Positions 36,901 through 50,429 of a DNA stretch of 64,000 nucleotides are shown piece after piece. Position 1 is the first letter of the stretch. The number at the start of each line of letters is the position of its first letter. Below the pieces are notes generated by a model, which searched no databases, was not told where the DNA came from, and worked only from the letters and a program-made list of their open reading frames with translations. The position numbers and the translations under genes were made by a program. The DNA lies in NCBI RefSeq assembly GCF_000143415.4, contig NW_003314277.1:197183-261182 (forward strand), given 5' to 3'. The stretch comes from Selaginella moellendorffii (Eukaryota; Plantae; Lycopodiophyta).

Positions 36901-39690
36901 CCGGCCAATATTCTTGCTCAAAGATTGGTGAAAACACGCCGGAAAACATCTAGGGAGTTGTTAGTTCAATGGAATGGTTATTCCATGGACGAAGCTACAT
37001 GGGAAATTGAGGATGATGTGAAGAGAGTGTTTCCGAGTTTTGGTTATGACTTGGATGACATTCCTGAGGAAGGGGAGAATTAAGTTCTATAGCCGTATTG
37101 CTATATGATTTGAGCAGTTTGTTCTATTCTCATTCTCTTGTTTTCCATGACCGTATTGTCATGTGAGAAAGCCGTATTGCTTTCTTTCTTTCGTGACCGT
37201 TTGTCGCGATGTTAGTGTTGCCGTTTGTACATCTTTTCTCCATGGCCGTATTGCCTTGGACTCCCTTCATGTGAGGCTCGTTTAGCTTCTCAAGGCTGCC
37301 GTATGTGGCTGGGTCATGAGGGAGGGGAGAATGACACGAACCACAGGAATATTCCGAGAATATTCCATGGCCTATGGGATTTAAGGCTGTAACGCCTAGG
37401 GTTGGGAGGTTGGCCTAGGGTTCGCTCTCTTGTTCGTTTCACTTCCTCCGTCAGGAATGTGAGGAAGAATGTCAAGGACAAGGAATTTGTTCCTGTAAGA
37501 AGCTAGTGGATTTGAGGAAATTGATGAGCGAATCGGGTGTCCAAGCTTACATCGTGCCTTCGGAGGACGCTCACCAGGTACTTGCGTCTTCCTTGAGAAT
37601 GAAAAAAAGGACTCTAGGATTTTTTTTTCTTGTCATTCTTGTAAGTAGCTCACTGGTGCGTATGCAGAGTGAATTTATAGCCGAGTGCTTCACGCGACGA
37701 GCTTACATTTCAGGATTCACGCGAAGCGCAGGAACCGCTGTGATCACCATGGAGAAGGCTGCACTTTGGACGGATGGTCGATACTATCTTCAGGTAATTG
37801 ATTCAACTTCATTCTTTTGCTTTCTTCCTGCACAGATTTCTCATTGTTTTTGCTGCTTCTGTGTAGGCTGAGAACCAACTTGGACATGAATGGACGCTCA
37901 TGAGAGGTGGCTCTGTTGGCGTGCCTTCATACAGTGAGTGGCTCAGAAACAATCTCTCTGATCCTGTAAGCTACGGTTTTTCTTTTGCTTTTCTAAACCT
38001 CCGTTCTCATGTAATTATTGTCTTGACGGTTTCTTGTCAGCCACGATGGTGCGGAGGAGCTCAGGCGAACCTTGTCAGCCAAAGAGATTCAACTCACTTT
38101 TGTCGATCGCAACTTGATTGATGAGATTTGGCTCGATGGGAGACCTTGTCCGCCCAAGTCTCCTCTGAGAGTGCACGATATGATTTACGCTGGCGCTGAT
38201 GTCGCAACGAAGCTCTCGGATGCGAGAAAGAAACTTTCCGCAGCTGGTTCTACTGGCATCGTGATAACCATGCTCTGATGAAGTTGCATGGCTGTTTAAT
38301 CTTGTAAGTGAACGTCTGTACTTTTCTCTTCTGAATTTTTATGTTTCAGCGTGGTGGCGATGTCCCTCATTCTCCAGTGGCTTATGCTTACACGCTTGTC
38401 GAGATGGACAAGGCAACTCTTTTCACTGATGTGTCAAAGGTGACGCCAGACGTTGAGATGCATCTGGAAAACTCTTCTGTGACCGTCAAAGAGTACTCCG
38501 TGCCCCTATCAACTATTCAAAGGTGTGCTATCCTTTTGATGTTAGGGAGTTGCTAACGCAATGTTCTTTTAGATTAGCTGAGTCGGGCTCAAAATTGTGG
38601 CTAGATCCAACCAAAACCAACATGGCCATTGTGAATGCATTTTCGGAAGGATGTACGAGCTTTTATGCCAAAGCGGATGTCGACGGGAAAAATGGAACAT
38701 CAGATGGACAGGCTGCATTACACAGACCATTGCCGCTATCTGTGCCGAAGGCCATAAAAAATGCTGCTGAGATCTCAGGGATGAAACAAGAACACTTGAG
38801 GTAAAAGTTCCGTCGTTTTCTTTGCAATTGTAACCGGGTCTTTCCGAGCAGGGATGCTGGTTGAGTTTTGGGCTTGGCTCAAAGTAAAAATCGTTACTGA
38901 GAAAGCCAAACTTACGGAGGTGGAAGTTGGCGATGAACTTCTCTGCTCTCGTTCCAACAAGGAAGGATTTCTAGAAACTAGCTTTGATACAATTTTTGGT
39001 TTGTATTTTCTACCATTGCAAAATTGTTGGCTCTTACCAGTCCTTACAGTATTGGGTGCAAACGGAGCCTTAGTGGACGATGAAAATCTGCTTTTGCTCG
39101 ACAGTGGCGCGCAATATACAGATGGAACAACGATATAACCAGGACTGTTCATTTTGGAGTACCTTTTCCAAGCGCACGATAGCGTCCCTCAGGCATGTCC
39201 CGCTGGTAAAGACAAGCCTTGGTATTCTTCGCTAACCTGAACGTGCCAGGGCTTGTCCGTGTAATGGGAGATACGCGAGTTTTAAAGGCACCCTCCGGAT
39301 CATTTGTTGTCTTTTTAGCTGACTTGTTTGTATTTTAGGGGCACATATCGATTGATCAAGCAGTTTTCCCAGAGAATACTCCAGGCTTTGTTCTCCTCGT
39401 GGAGAATTGGACTTGACTATTGTCACGGTAGTGTTTTCTTGCCTACAGTGAATTAAGTACTCTCTTGCTGTGCAGTGGAAATGTAGGAACTGGCCATTGA
39501 GTTGGCACCGCTCTCAATGTCCATGAAGGCCCTCATCAGTTTTCGATTTGGAAACATGACTGCATGATAATCAGCAACGAGCCTGTTTACTATGAAGATC
39601 ACAGCTTTGGAATTTGAATAGAGGTGAGACAAGAAAGTTAATCAGAATAGCGCTCTTAACATTCTCTTTTTCATTGTGCAGAATTTACTT
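33909..39690 (+). pseudogene. Aminopeptidase P (M24B) pseudogene, copy 1; LTR-element insertion, frameshifts, 3' truncated
   Basis: Motifs [25 protein letters not shown], EPxYY across short introns. Paralogous to 42144-44610. Confidence 0.9.
34110..37441 (+). mobile_element. Non-autonomous chromovirus (family D): short LTRs 34110-34221 and 37332-37441; gag, partial RNase H, integrase and chromodomain; no PR/RT
   Basis: TSD CTTCC at 34105-34109 and 37442-37446, empty site at 42431-42445. PBS TGGTATCGGAGC, PPT GAGGGAGGGGAGAA. CFCCHRAGHQSKDC knuckle. In-frame stops at 34588, 34921, 36364. Confidence 0.93.
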
Positions 39691-39710
39691 TATTTTCTTA
39701 TTATTTCTTA

Positions 39711-41563
39711 CTAAATGGACATAACATGTACGAGGTATCCATCTTTCACGGATGGCATTGGCCAGTAGCTTGTTTTACTGTTTGGATTGACAGGCTCCCA
39801 TCTTCAATAAAAGATTGCAATTTGTTGACAAGAAAAGAGGAGCAAAAGAATTTACCTGTATTTTGTGATAAGCCTGTGTATGAAAATCATTTGCTCTAAC
39901 AGACTTAATGCACTTCCTGGGCATATTCTATCTCCATAGCCAAATGGAATAAATGTGCCAGTTTTAGCTGGAACCTAAAATAAAAGGTTTGGTTTAGTAT
40001 AAACACGAAAAATACCATACTTCAAATCTGGATGGATTAAATTTTGCTGCATTAGGGTAAATGCTGTCATCTAAGTGGATTGGTGGCATATAGACATGAA
40101 CCATCCAATCTTTGGGCAAGGTGTAACCTGTTAACACCAACAAAGTAGACAAATAATTGGAATTAGCTTCAATCATATGTAATAAAACCTTTGTAGCTGA
40201 TATCCTTAGTGATTTTACGTGTCACCACCCCCACAACATTAGAAAGCCTCAGACTTTCATTGACAACCTACAAAACCACTCGAATTAAATCTAACATAAA
40301 ATTGGAGTTTAGTCCACAACCCTTAGAGTGGCTGGCATCTGTCTTGTGTCTTCCCAAGTTAAGTTGTAATTGGTGGAGCTTTTACCAAGAAAGATTCTCC
40401 TTTGCTCCTCCTAAAAATCAAAACAGAATTTTAGAAAATCACAATAATAATAATAACAATAATAATAACCTCCACTTCCTTGAAAGCCTGTGGGTTCCCA
40501 TTCAAGTGTTTCATCAGCCACACGAGAGCAAGGGCTGTGGTGTGGTGGCCTCCGAACAGCAGTGCCACGAGATTGTCTTCCACTTGTTGATTCGAGAGGA
40601 ATCCAACCTTGTCATCTTTGTGCGTAAGAAACTCGTCCAGCGCATCTTTGCGCTTTTCACCGTTGGCAGCTAGTTCGGCCCTTCTCTCGTTGATGAGCCC
40701 ATCCAAGAATCTGTGGAGCCTTGCCCTGGCCTGCTCAATTACAACAATAGATCTAGAATTAGAAAAATAAAAAACCACGCAAAAACCTGTAACGCTTTGC
40801 GATAAGGTGAGAAGGGTAAGTCGATTGGAAACTGGAGCACCCCATTCTCTATCGTTTGGGCGTCTTTCATGAGATCAATCATCTCCGGAGTGGAGGGCAG
40901 GAGTTTCTTGCACACTAATCCAATCAACGTGCAGTAGCTGAACTGGCAAAAGTATAAAACCAGATCAAACGATCAAGCGACACAAAGATGTGATGAAAAC
41001 CTTGAGAGTTTCTTCCATAACCGACACCGTCTTTATCGACCCCCATGACTCGAGAGTATCCTGAGCCAAGATATCAATCATTTGGACGTGGCACTTGAGC
41101 GCCTCTGGAACCATCAGCCCCAGAAAGATTCTCCGGTAGAGCGCATGCTGACTCCCGATGACCTCGTTTATAGTTTCCGGCCCAAGCAATCGGGCAAACA
41201 GACCCGAGGGGCCACAGTCTGCGCAGCTGAGAAAGAACTTGGCCGACTCTACCGTTGTTGCAACGATGGTGGGAGATCCAAGCAAGTTACTCCAGAAAAC
41301 TCCTCCAAATCTGTAGAATGATCACAGTTAGTTAAAGCAAGATTGAAGCGAAAGTCACAGAAGGACCGCTTGCGTCGAGTGCTGAGAAAGCCTAGAGGGG
41401 ATCCCCAAAAGAGAGAGAGAGATTCTCCGACAAGAGGCAAGCCATGGCTTCCCGGCGGGAGTTTGATCGTGGATGATTTGTAGAACTTTCGGGAGATTAG
41501 CCACAAAGAGAGTAGAAACATGAGAAAGTACAGAGCATTCCAGGACTGCAGGAAAAGCTCCAT
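39711..41563 (-). CDS. Cytochrome P450, CYP85-clan-like, 9 exons, 469 aa, apparently intact
   Basis: Exons 41563-41367, 41310-41001, 40942-40787, 40730-40470, 40410-40321, 40267-40189, 40127-40021, 39974-39856, 39801-39711 sum to 1410 nt. Motifs LPPGS, GGHHTT, ESLR, FNPSRF, FGYGDRICPG. Confidence 0.92.
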
Positions 41564-42225
41564 GTTGCGAGAAGGAACGAAGCACTCACTCCACAAGTTT
41601 GAGATTAGCCTCTCTAATATATCCTGCACAAACCAGACTTCAGTTGGCTTCTTTCGAAAGGTTGTTGTGAAGTTTTATTTCTCTCTCTTCTTTTGAATGG
41701 CAAATTTGAAGTAATAGTCTGAGGACTCAGTTTGGTAAGCTACTGCAAGACGGAGAAGTCATTTTCTTATAGAAGACATTTTAGCCACTGGCGAAGAAGA
41801 CTCGGAAAAATCCACACGAAGTATCCTCTCGAGCTCAAGAAATTTCATACTGAACAATTGTCACATTTAGAGAAATAATCCCATTAGGTCGGTGTCTTAA
41901 TGGGATTAATACAAACTTTACATAACACTTTTATGTCTTAACTAGGTCTAATCCTAAAGTAAAAGTGGACATAGTCGGACCAAACGAAGAATAGTGTTAA
42001 AGGGGTGCTACTGTTAATGGATTTCATCATCGATCACCCTGCCAAAACATAGGACTCAACTATTCTATCACTCCCCCAAATGATTGGGCCCTTTAGGCTG
42101 CCAGAGTAGGTCCGAGGATAACATGATGTTTAGTTTTTCATCGAATTGTTTTCGTCCTTGGAATCGAGCTCCAGACCTGAGAGCTAGTTAAAAAATAAGC
42201 TCTAGGGCTCCTCGCCTCTAGAGCG

Positions 42226-44943
42226 ATGGTGCCGCTCGGGAGCGCGCGATTGCTGCGGTGTATTTGGATTTCCAATCGCCCGGGCCGCCATTCGGTTCTC
42301 GCAGCTGCTGCCGCGCACAGGGGCATTGGCGCCGGAATCAGACGCTTCTCTTCGATTTCCATGGCAATGTAGGAAATCTCGCAGCATTGTGTTCGGGATC
42401 CAGGAATCCGGGGCACGGGATCACGGCAGAGCCTTCGTCCGTCAGGATTGCGAGGAAGAATGTCAAAGACAAGGAATTTGTTCCTGATAAGAAGCTGGAG
42501 GATTTGAGGAAATTGATGAGCGAATCGGGTGTCCAAGCTTACATCGTGCCTTCGGAGGACGCTCACCAGGTACTTGGCGTCTTCCTTGAGAAAGAGAACA
42601 AGGAGTCTAGCAATTTTTTTTCTTGTTTCCTCTTTTCTTTTTTGTAAGTAGCTCACTGCTGCGTATGCAGAGTGAATTTATAGCCGAGTGCTTCACGCGA
42701 CGAGCTTACATTTCAGGATTCACGGGAAGCGCAGGAACTGCTGTGATCACCATGGAGAAGGCTGCGCTTTGGACGGATGGTCGATACTATCTTCAGGTAA
42801 TTGATTCAACTTCATTCTTTTGCTTTCTTCCTGCACAGATTTCTCATTGTTTTTGCTGCTTCTGTGTAGGCTGAGAACCAACTTGGACATGAATGGACGC
42901 TCATGAGAGGTGGCTCTGTTGGCGTGCCTTCGTACAGTGAGTGGCTCAGAAACAATCTCTCTGATCCTGTAAGCTACGGTGCTTTTCTAAACCTCCGTTC
43001 TCATGTAATTATTGTCTTGACGGTTTCTTGTCAGCCACGATGGTGCGGAGGTTGTCAGCCAAAGAGATTCAACTCACTTTTGTCGATCGCAACTTGATTG
43101 ATGAGATTTGGCTCGATGGGAGACCTTGTCCGCCAAGTCTCCTCTGAGAGTGCACGATATGATTTACGCTGGCGCTGATGTCGCAACGAAGCTCTCGGAT
43201 GCGAGAAAGAAACTTTCCGCAGCTGGTTCTACTGGCATCGTGATAACCATGCTCTGATGAAGTTGCATGGCTGTTTAATCTTGTAAGTGAACGTCTGTAC
43301 TTTTCTCTTCTGAATTTTTATGTTTCAGCGTGGTGGCAATGTCCCTCATTCTCCAGTGGCTTATGCTTACGCGCTTGTCGAGATGGACAAGGCAACTCTT
43401 TTCACTGATGTGTCAAAGGTGACGCCAGACGTTGAGATGCATCTGGAAAACTCTTCCGTGACTGTCAAAGAGTACTCCGCGCTCCTATCAACGATTCGAA
43501 GGTGTGCTATCATTTTGATGTTAGGGAGTTGCTAACGGAATGTTCTTTTAGATTAGCTGAGTCGGGCTCAAAATTGTGGCTAGATCCAACCAAAACCAAC
43601 ATGGCCGTTGTGAATGCATTTTCGGAAGGATGTACGAGCTTTTATGCCAAAGCGGATGTCGACGGGAAAAATGGAACATCAGATGGACCGGCTGCATTAC
43701 ACAGACCATCGCCGCTGTCTGTGCCGAAGGCCATAAAAAATCCTGCTGAGATCTCAGGGATGAAACAAGAACACTTGAGGTAAAAGTTCCGTCGTTTTCT
43801 TCGCAATTGTAACCAGGTCTTTCCGAGCTGGGATGCTGCAGTGCTGGTTGAGTTTTGGGCTTGGCTCGAAGTAAAAATCGTTCCTGAGAAAGCCAAACTT
43901 ACGGAGGTGGAAGTGGGCGATGAACTTCTCAGCTTTCGTTCCAACAAGGAAGGATTTCTAGAAACTAGCTTTGATACAATTTTTGGTTTGTATTTTCTAC
44001 CATTGCAAAATTGTTGGCTCTTACCAGTCCTTACAGTATTGGGTGCAAACGGAGCCTTAGTGGACGATGAAAATCTGCTTTTGCTCGACGGTGGCGCGCA
44101 ATATTCAGATGGAACAACGATATAACCAGGACTGTTCATTTTGGGGTGCCTACTGATTACCGGAAAGAGTGCTTTACGCGAGTTTACAGGTACGCTCCGG
44201 ATCTTGTCTTGTCTTTTTAGCTGACTTGTTTGTATTTTAGGGGCACATATCGATTGATCAAGCAGTTTTCCCAGAGAATACTCCTGGCTTCGTACTCGAC
44301 GTTCTGGCTCGTTCGTCCTTGTGGAGAATTGGACTTGACTATCGTCACGGTATTTGCAGTGAATTAAGTACTCTCTTGACTGTGCAGTGGAAATGTAGGA
44401 ACTGGTCATGGAGTTGGCGCTGCTCTCAATGTCCAGGAAGGTCCTCAAAGCATCATTTTTCGGTTCGGAAACATGACTGGCTTGCAACCGGGAATGATAA
44501 TCAGCAATGAGCCTGGTTACTATGAAGATCACAACTTTGGAATTCGAATAGAGGTGAGACAGAAAATTTTCTCTTAACACTCTCTTTTTTCAATCTTTGT
44601 GCAGAATTTACTTCATGTTTGCGAGGTGGAGACACCAAACTGCTTTGGAAGAGTTTCCTATCTAGGATTTGAATGCCTGTCGTTCGTTCCAATCCAGGTA
44701 ATGCGACTCACATCCAATCCCTCACTCATCTGTTCTTCCAGACAAAACTCATGGCCCTTCATCTTTTGTCCGACGAGGATATCTCTTGGGTGAACAAGTA
44801 TCACGCTGCAGTCTGGGGCAAGGTAAGCTTCCATAAGAAATTACCAGTGAAACCACTCTTTCATTCATCAGGTATCTCCGCTTGTGAATGAGAGTGCTCG
44901 CGAGTGGCTAAAGCGAAATACTCTTCCTATCAAAAGAGCGTGA
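42226..44943 (+). pseudogene. Aminopeptidase P pseudogene, copy 2 (full length but frameshifted)
   Basis: Same motifs as copy 1 plus DYRHG/GHGVG and EPGYYED...FGIRIE. Stop near 42370. Frameshifts at ~43255 and ~44120. Confidence 0.88.
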
Positions 44944-45077
44944 AAGGTAAGCAATGTGAATCCTATTGTCTCATGGTGAACAGTAACTATTGTCACTCCA
45001 TGTGAATCCTATTGACTTATGGAGATCAAACAATGAACTTATCCTATTGTCATAAGGTGTTAGCTATTGTCGTGATT

Positions 45078-47100
45078 TTATTCTGGACTATATCCTATTG
45101 TCTCAAGGTGAGCTATGGATTCCACGGCGATGACGCTCGACAAGATCACGTATGGCGCTCCACTCCGGGGTTCCAGCGACACCACATTTTCCGCCGCTCG
45201 AGCCCCCATGGCCAGATCTGGCTGGCTCTTGCAAGCGCCCAGCAGCGTCCTCCAATCCAGCCGCGATGGAAGAAAGGGCATGGAATCCATGAGATCTTGC
45301 GCGTCGCGGAGCTGCCCGGCGCGGCTGAGCGAATCGACAAGGCAGCTGTAGTGTTGTTTGACCGGATCGAGGCCGAAATCCCCCGCAATGGAGAGGAAGA
45401 ATCCCCTGGCCGAAGCGAGCATGACGCTAGCGAGCGTGGATCCATCGGGCTTGACACCTTCTACGAGCATCGCGTGGAAGAGATGGATCGCCAGCTTGCG
45501 CCGCTCCACCGGCCCCGCAAGAGCGAAGGATTCGGTCATCGTGTTCCAGGCGTGCATGGAAGAGCGATCGCCCAGCATCTACGGGAAGAGATCCATGGAG
45601 GCGAGCAGCATCGCGTCCCACTGGGGCATCCGATCGAAGAGCTTCTTGACGTCGTGGATGCACTGGCTCTGCGCGTAGCCCACGATCATGGCGGTCCAGG
45701 CGACGAGATCGCGGCAGGGGATGGAATCAAACATCGCGCGCGCCTCCTCGATCCTGCCCAGCTGCGAATTCCCCTAGAGGAGGCACGTCCACGCCATGGT
45801 GCTGTGGCGGGGCATCCTCTCCAGCCAGATCTTGGCCGACTCCATAGCCCCGCTCTGCACGATCGATTGGATCATCTCAAACCAGGATACCGCGTCCCTG
45901 CGAGGGATCCTCTCGAAGACCCAGGTGGAATCCTCGACGGACTGGAGCAAGAGATTCCAGGAGACGGCGTCTCGATCCGGCATGGAGGAGAACAAGTTCC
46001 AAACTCTCTGGGGATCCCCAGCCTGGGCATACGCTTGGAGCATCACGTTGGTGGAGACGAGCGACCATTTCGGGCATCGATCGAAGAAGCAGTGCTCCGC
46101 GTCCACGATGGTGTTGCAGTAGAAAATCAAGGTGGTCCATGACACGGCATTCCTCTCGGGCATGGCTGCAAACACAGCCTTAGCTTCTTCACGATGCCCT
46201 TCTTGGGCATTTTCTGCAAGCATAGATGTCCATGCCACCACATCTCTCTCGGGCATTTTGACAAAGATATCTTTTGCCTCTAGAAGCTTCTGCTTTGCGG
46301 TGTAGCCATGGAACATGATATTCCAGAGAACCAAGTTTCGATCAAAGCCATGATCAAACACCACCTTTGCCTCATCCAGATGCCCGTTCTGGGCATACGC
46401 TGCTACCATTGCCGAGAAGCTCACTAGATTTCCCCCCGGCATTCGATCAAGCACCATCTTTGCGAAAATGACAAGCCCATTTTCCGAGTAGGCCTGAAGC
46501 ATCGCTGTCCACGAAACGACGTTCTTCTCGCTCATCTCCTCGAACATTTTCCTCGCAGAGGCAAGATCACCCACTTGGGCATATCCCGTGATCATCGTCG
46601 TGCACGAGACAACGCCGCGATCTGGCGCTGCGAAGAACAATCGCTCGGCCTCGCCCAAATCTCCATCCTGAACGCTGGCACCGATCATTAGATTCCAAGA
46701 GACTAGGCTCCTCTCGGGCATCTTGTGGAAGACCAAGCGCCCCTCTTGGCCATCCCCGTGCTGCACAAATCCCGCCGCCAGAATCGTCCAACACACCACA
46801 TTCCTGGCGCTCATCCGATCGAAGCACTCCTTGGAGCGCTCCACCTGGCCGCTGCGATTGTAGACCTGGAGCAAAGCATTCCAGGAACTGATCGATGGTC
46901 TCGCGATCCCCTGGAACACCGCCCTCGCCTCCTCGATCCGCCCATAGCGGCCATAAACCAGCGCATTGGCGAGGAACCTGTTGTGCCTGTGGAACTCGCT
47001 CGCCCCAATCCATGCCTGGATCTCTCTGGCGCGCCGGAAATCCCTCGAATTCCCACACTGGAGAAGGCAGTCGATCACCGCCTGGAGCTGCGGCCAGAGA
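45078..47100 (-). pseudogene. PLS-class PPR gene with E domain and in-frame stops
   Basis: Repeated MPERNVVSWT-type motifs and HYSCLVDSLSRAG...WRTLLGAC E domain. In-frame TAG at 45774 and 45579. Start uncertain. Confidence 0.85.
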
Positions 47101-47299
47101 TCTTGAGCGCGGCGGCACGAGCAGCAAATTCTCGACAATAAAACTCCAAGAGCCCTAACGGTTGTTTCAAGTAAGAATATCCCAGGAATAATCATCTCAA
47201 GAACCCTAAAACGAATATCCCGGCGAATACTCCAATCCAAGCGGAAGGAAACAAGCAGCAGCAGCAACAAAACATAGAATCCTTGTTAATCACCATATT

Positions 47300-50245
47300 T
47301 TTTGGGGAGCTCTTGCTGCCGTGATAACAGCTTATACACGGAGACCTGTGAATCGCAAAGCTCAAGAAAATTTTCTAGAAGGACCATGGCAAACTTACCG
47401 AGGTAGACATTTTCATGACCTTTCTTATCGCCATTGTGGCATAGGCCGACGTTGGGAGAGTGAATTGCAGCCAATGCCAGAAGGCTGGGGCCTTGAGTGG
47501 AGTTCGCATCTTCTTCTGGAACGCTAGTGCTAGGATCGTGGAGCAAATCCATGTCCGTTTTCGTCAGAGGATTCCGAGAGTCGCTGTACGAGGATAATCT
47601 CCTGGAACCGAAAGATGTGAGTTTTGCGACATTGAAGCAGCCGGACAAATTTCCACTCGAAGTCGATAGGCTTCACGAGTAAGTTTCGATATGCTCCTGT
47701 CAAATACTCCACCGAGAACTCTCTACAAAAATTATCAAAAACGAAGTAAATCAATGTTGGACCAAAACACGTACTTTACGTTGTGTGTACAAGACTTCAA
47801 ATCTATTGATTCCTGGGAAAAAAGAGCGATTGTTTGTACATCAAAACGTTGGAAAGGAACTAACCATTTTCGTGATTTTGTGGTAGACATTGGCCACATC
47901 GTTTGATGGAGGTGGACCTGCAAAAAAAGTAGATCAATCTCCTGTAGCAAAAAACGAAACTCACAAGCATGCTCACTCGCAAGACCACGTCGGTTATCAC
48001 ATACTTTTTTGAGGCGATATCTTCCGCTGGGACATGCTAAAATGGTGTTAAAGCGGTAAGATTACCATGTCTGGTTACCTTTACTTTCTTCCGAGATGGG
48101 CGAGCAAGTTCCATGCAAGCGTCATCCTCTAGGACGTCCGTGTCGACGAGATCCTCAAGATCCACATCATCCCTCCCGGCTTCTTTAGAAATCTCATCCT
48201 CTTGACAGTAGACGAGATCACCTTCCACAACAGCATCCACCCCTGTAAACACTACGTCTTTGACACCGTTTGAGAATGATGGATTACCATATTTTTGTAT
48301 CCTCGCACTTGCAGCGCTGTTCCACAGATAGCTTTGGTAGCTGTGGACGTACCTGTGGAACAAGCATAAGAAACATCACACAACAAGTAGAAAGCTCTTG
48401 CAAAACTTACATCATCCGCATTGGCCTGGGAATATTTTGGATGGCCTGTAAGTAGTTTGCAGGATCCTTTTTCAAGCCAAGAAGCTGCGCCAACAAAGAA
48501 CGAAAAATGGTTCAGGCCCGTCATAATCTTGGCATCTTACAATGGCTCTTTCGGCAATCATATGGTGCGGCATGAGCTTTAAGGCCTCGGCAGGACCGGC
48601 AGTCTTGAAGATCTTACGAGATTCCTCGGCTGCTTGCTGCTGTGTAAACCGCGTTAAGGCACCAAAAGTTTTCGTTAAAGCATTTAAAACTAGAAGATAA
48701 AAAAAGGATATCTCCTTCTCTCTCTTGGAGTATCAGATCGACTGCGGTTTTCCAGTCACCTTGGCGCCTATAGCATGCGTCGGCACACCACAGCTTCCAA
48801 AACGCTGCAAAAATGTAAAGGTAGTACGTACTCTGGATCAAAGTCATCACATACCTGCAAGCCATAGTAGTTGATAAAACCAGAGTTCCCCATGCCCTCA
48901 GCTGCTTCCTTGATCGCATTCTCGGACTCCGCAACGACATCACTGCAAGCAGTCCATTAGAGAATGCTTTCCATCGGCTAGAAATCACCGCAAAATCACG
49001 TTGAAGCGATTTCCAGAAAGCTCTCCAAGAGCTAAGCCCTTCTCAACGTAGCTAAGAAAATTTAAAGAAAAGAAAAAATGAAATTGGAAAGAATGGTAGA
49101 GAGAATAAACACCTAAAGTTTCCTAGCTTGATACCAAACAAGGATTTGTTAAGTGCTGCGAGTTGTGTTGCTGTAAACAGTGGGCTGGAACAAAAGATAG
49201 CATTTTGTTTTTCTCCAAACTCTAATGGGTGGATCTTACCCGCTGTGTCGTCACTGCACGCTTATCTTTCGTCCCCGCAAAACCCATGTTCTTTGCCTGG
49301 TAAGATCCTTTAGGAAAACTAACATTTATGCTTAGGTTACCTTTACGCCAATCTTCTGAGCTACAATCATCAAAGCCGACTGCGTAGTCTTGTTCTCTTT
49401 GTATAGGTAAAACCTTACAAGGAAAAGAAACCGAAGCTTGAGAAAAAAAAACTAGGGAAGACAAAAAAACTTGCTGGCAAAACTTGTGTCTATCAGCTGG
49501 CCAGTAGTTTCCTGCACGACGATCAAACTTGTCACTGTCTTGTCTCTGTCGCTTCGATTCATGGCCTCGCTTTCCTTTCCAGCTTCGATTCCTTTTGCCA
49601 GCTCGATCGTCAGAAGCTGAGCCGCCACCGTATCTCACGCGAATGCGATTGTCCGCCACAGTATCAGTTATAAGCATCGGCATTCTCTCCCGAAAGAACG
49701 CGTGAACTTTCTGCAACACGAAGAACTTACTTTCATAGACAACAAGAAAGACAAGCAGCAAAGATACCGTGCGGCTGCCTTTATCCTCGTTTGGCGTGGG
49801 AGTTTCCACCAGTGAGTTTCCATCATCGGACTTTTCCTGAGAAATCTTGTCAAGGAGCTGCTTGACAATACGAGCATTCTCCTCGCCGGCGAGTTCCTTG
49901 AAAGCATCGAGCTGAGCCTCGTATGAAGCCACGGAAAACTCCGCGGCAGCGGCATCACTCCGGGTTTCATCCTGAAAGACGAAAGAGAAAAACGAAGCTA
50001 AACAGCCATGATCAAGAATGGAAACGTCAAAGGACCTCTGGTGGCGCTGTTAAGCTCGTCAATTGCACCACATTGCCATCGAGATCCACCTTGTTAACGA
50101 TGAAGTCGGAGTACCTGAAAGAACGGAATGAAAGAATGCAACCATGGTTGAAGAGAGCGCGGCATTGTCCATACCTTTGCTTGAGAACAGCTCTAAAACC
50201 GGGGAAGGAATTCGCGAAGCACAAAATCCCAACATCCTTCTCCAT
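47300..50245 (-). pseudogene. TruD-family pseudouridine synthase (PUS7-like), multi-exon, frameshifted
   Basis: LKQRYSDFIV, FAGTKDKRAVTTQ, YVHSYQSYLWN, LTGAYR, LPTSAYATMAIR. Apparent frameshifts near 48765 and 47470. Confidence 0.8.
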
Positions 50246-50429
50246 CGCACGACATAACTAAAACCCTTAAATTGTTCGAATCCTCTTCTTTTCCAGGAAG
50301 TATTTTGGTACTCAAAGATCTGCCACCTTAACTAAATGATAAACGAAAATCTGTAAGTTCCATAAAGGTAGATGACACAGATTTCTTTTAGGTCAATGTT
50401 TTTCATATAGTAGCCAGCTAGCGGATGTT

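Noticed and set aside
43642-44580. 312-aa minus-strand ORF
   Set aside because: Antisense to aminopeptidase P exons and introns.
44955-45105. CRISPR-like spaced CTATTGTC repeats
   Set aside because: Eukaryotic context with short, degenerate, irregularly spaced units. Looks like a decayed tandem repeat.
45579-45776. Stop codons in the PPR gene repaired by U-to-C RNA editing
   Set aside because: Such editing is organellar and this is nuclear, intron-rich DNA. Pseudogenisation is simpler.
45012-46142. 376-aa plus-strand ORF
   Set aside because: Antisense shadow of the GC-rich PPR coding sequence, with no recognisable motifs.
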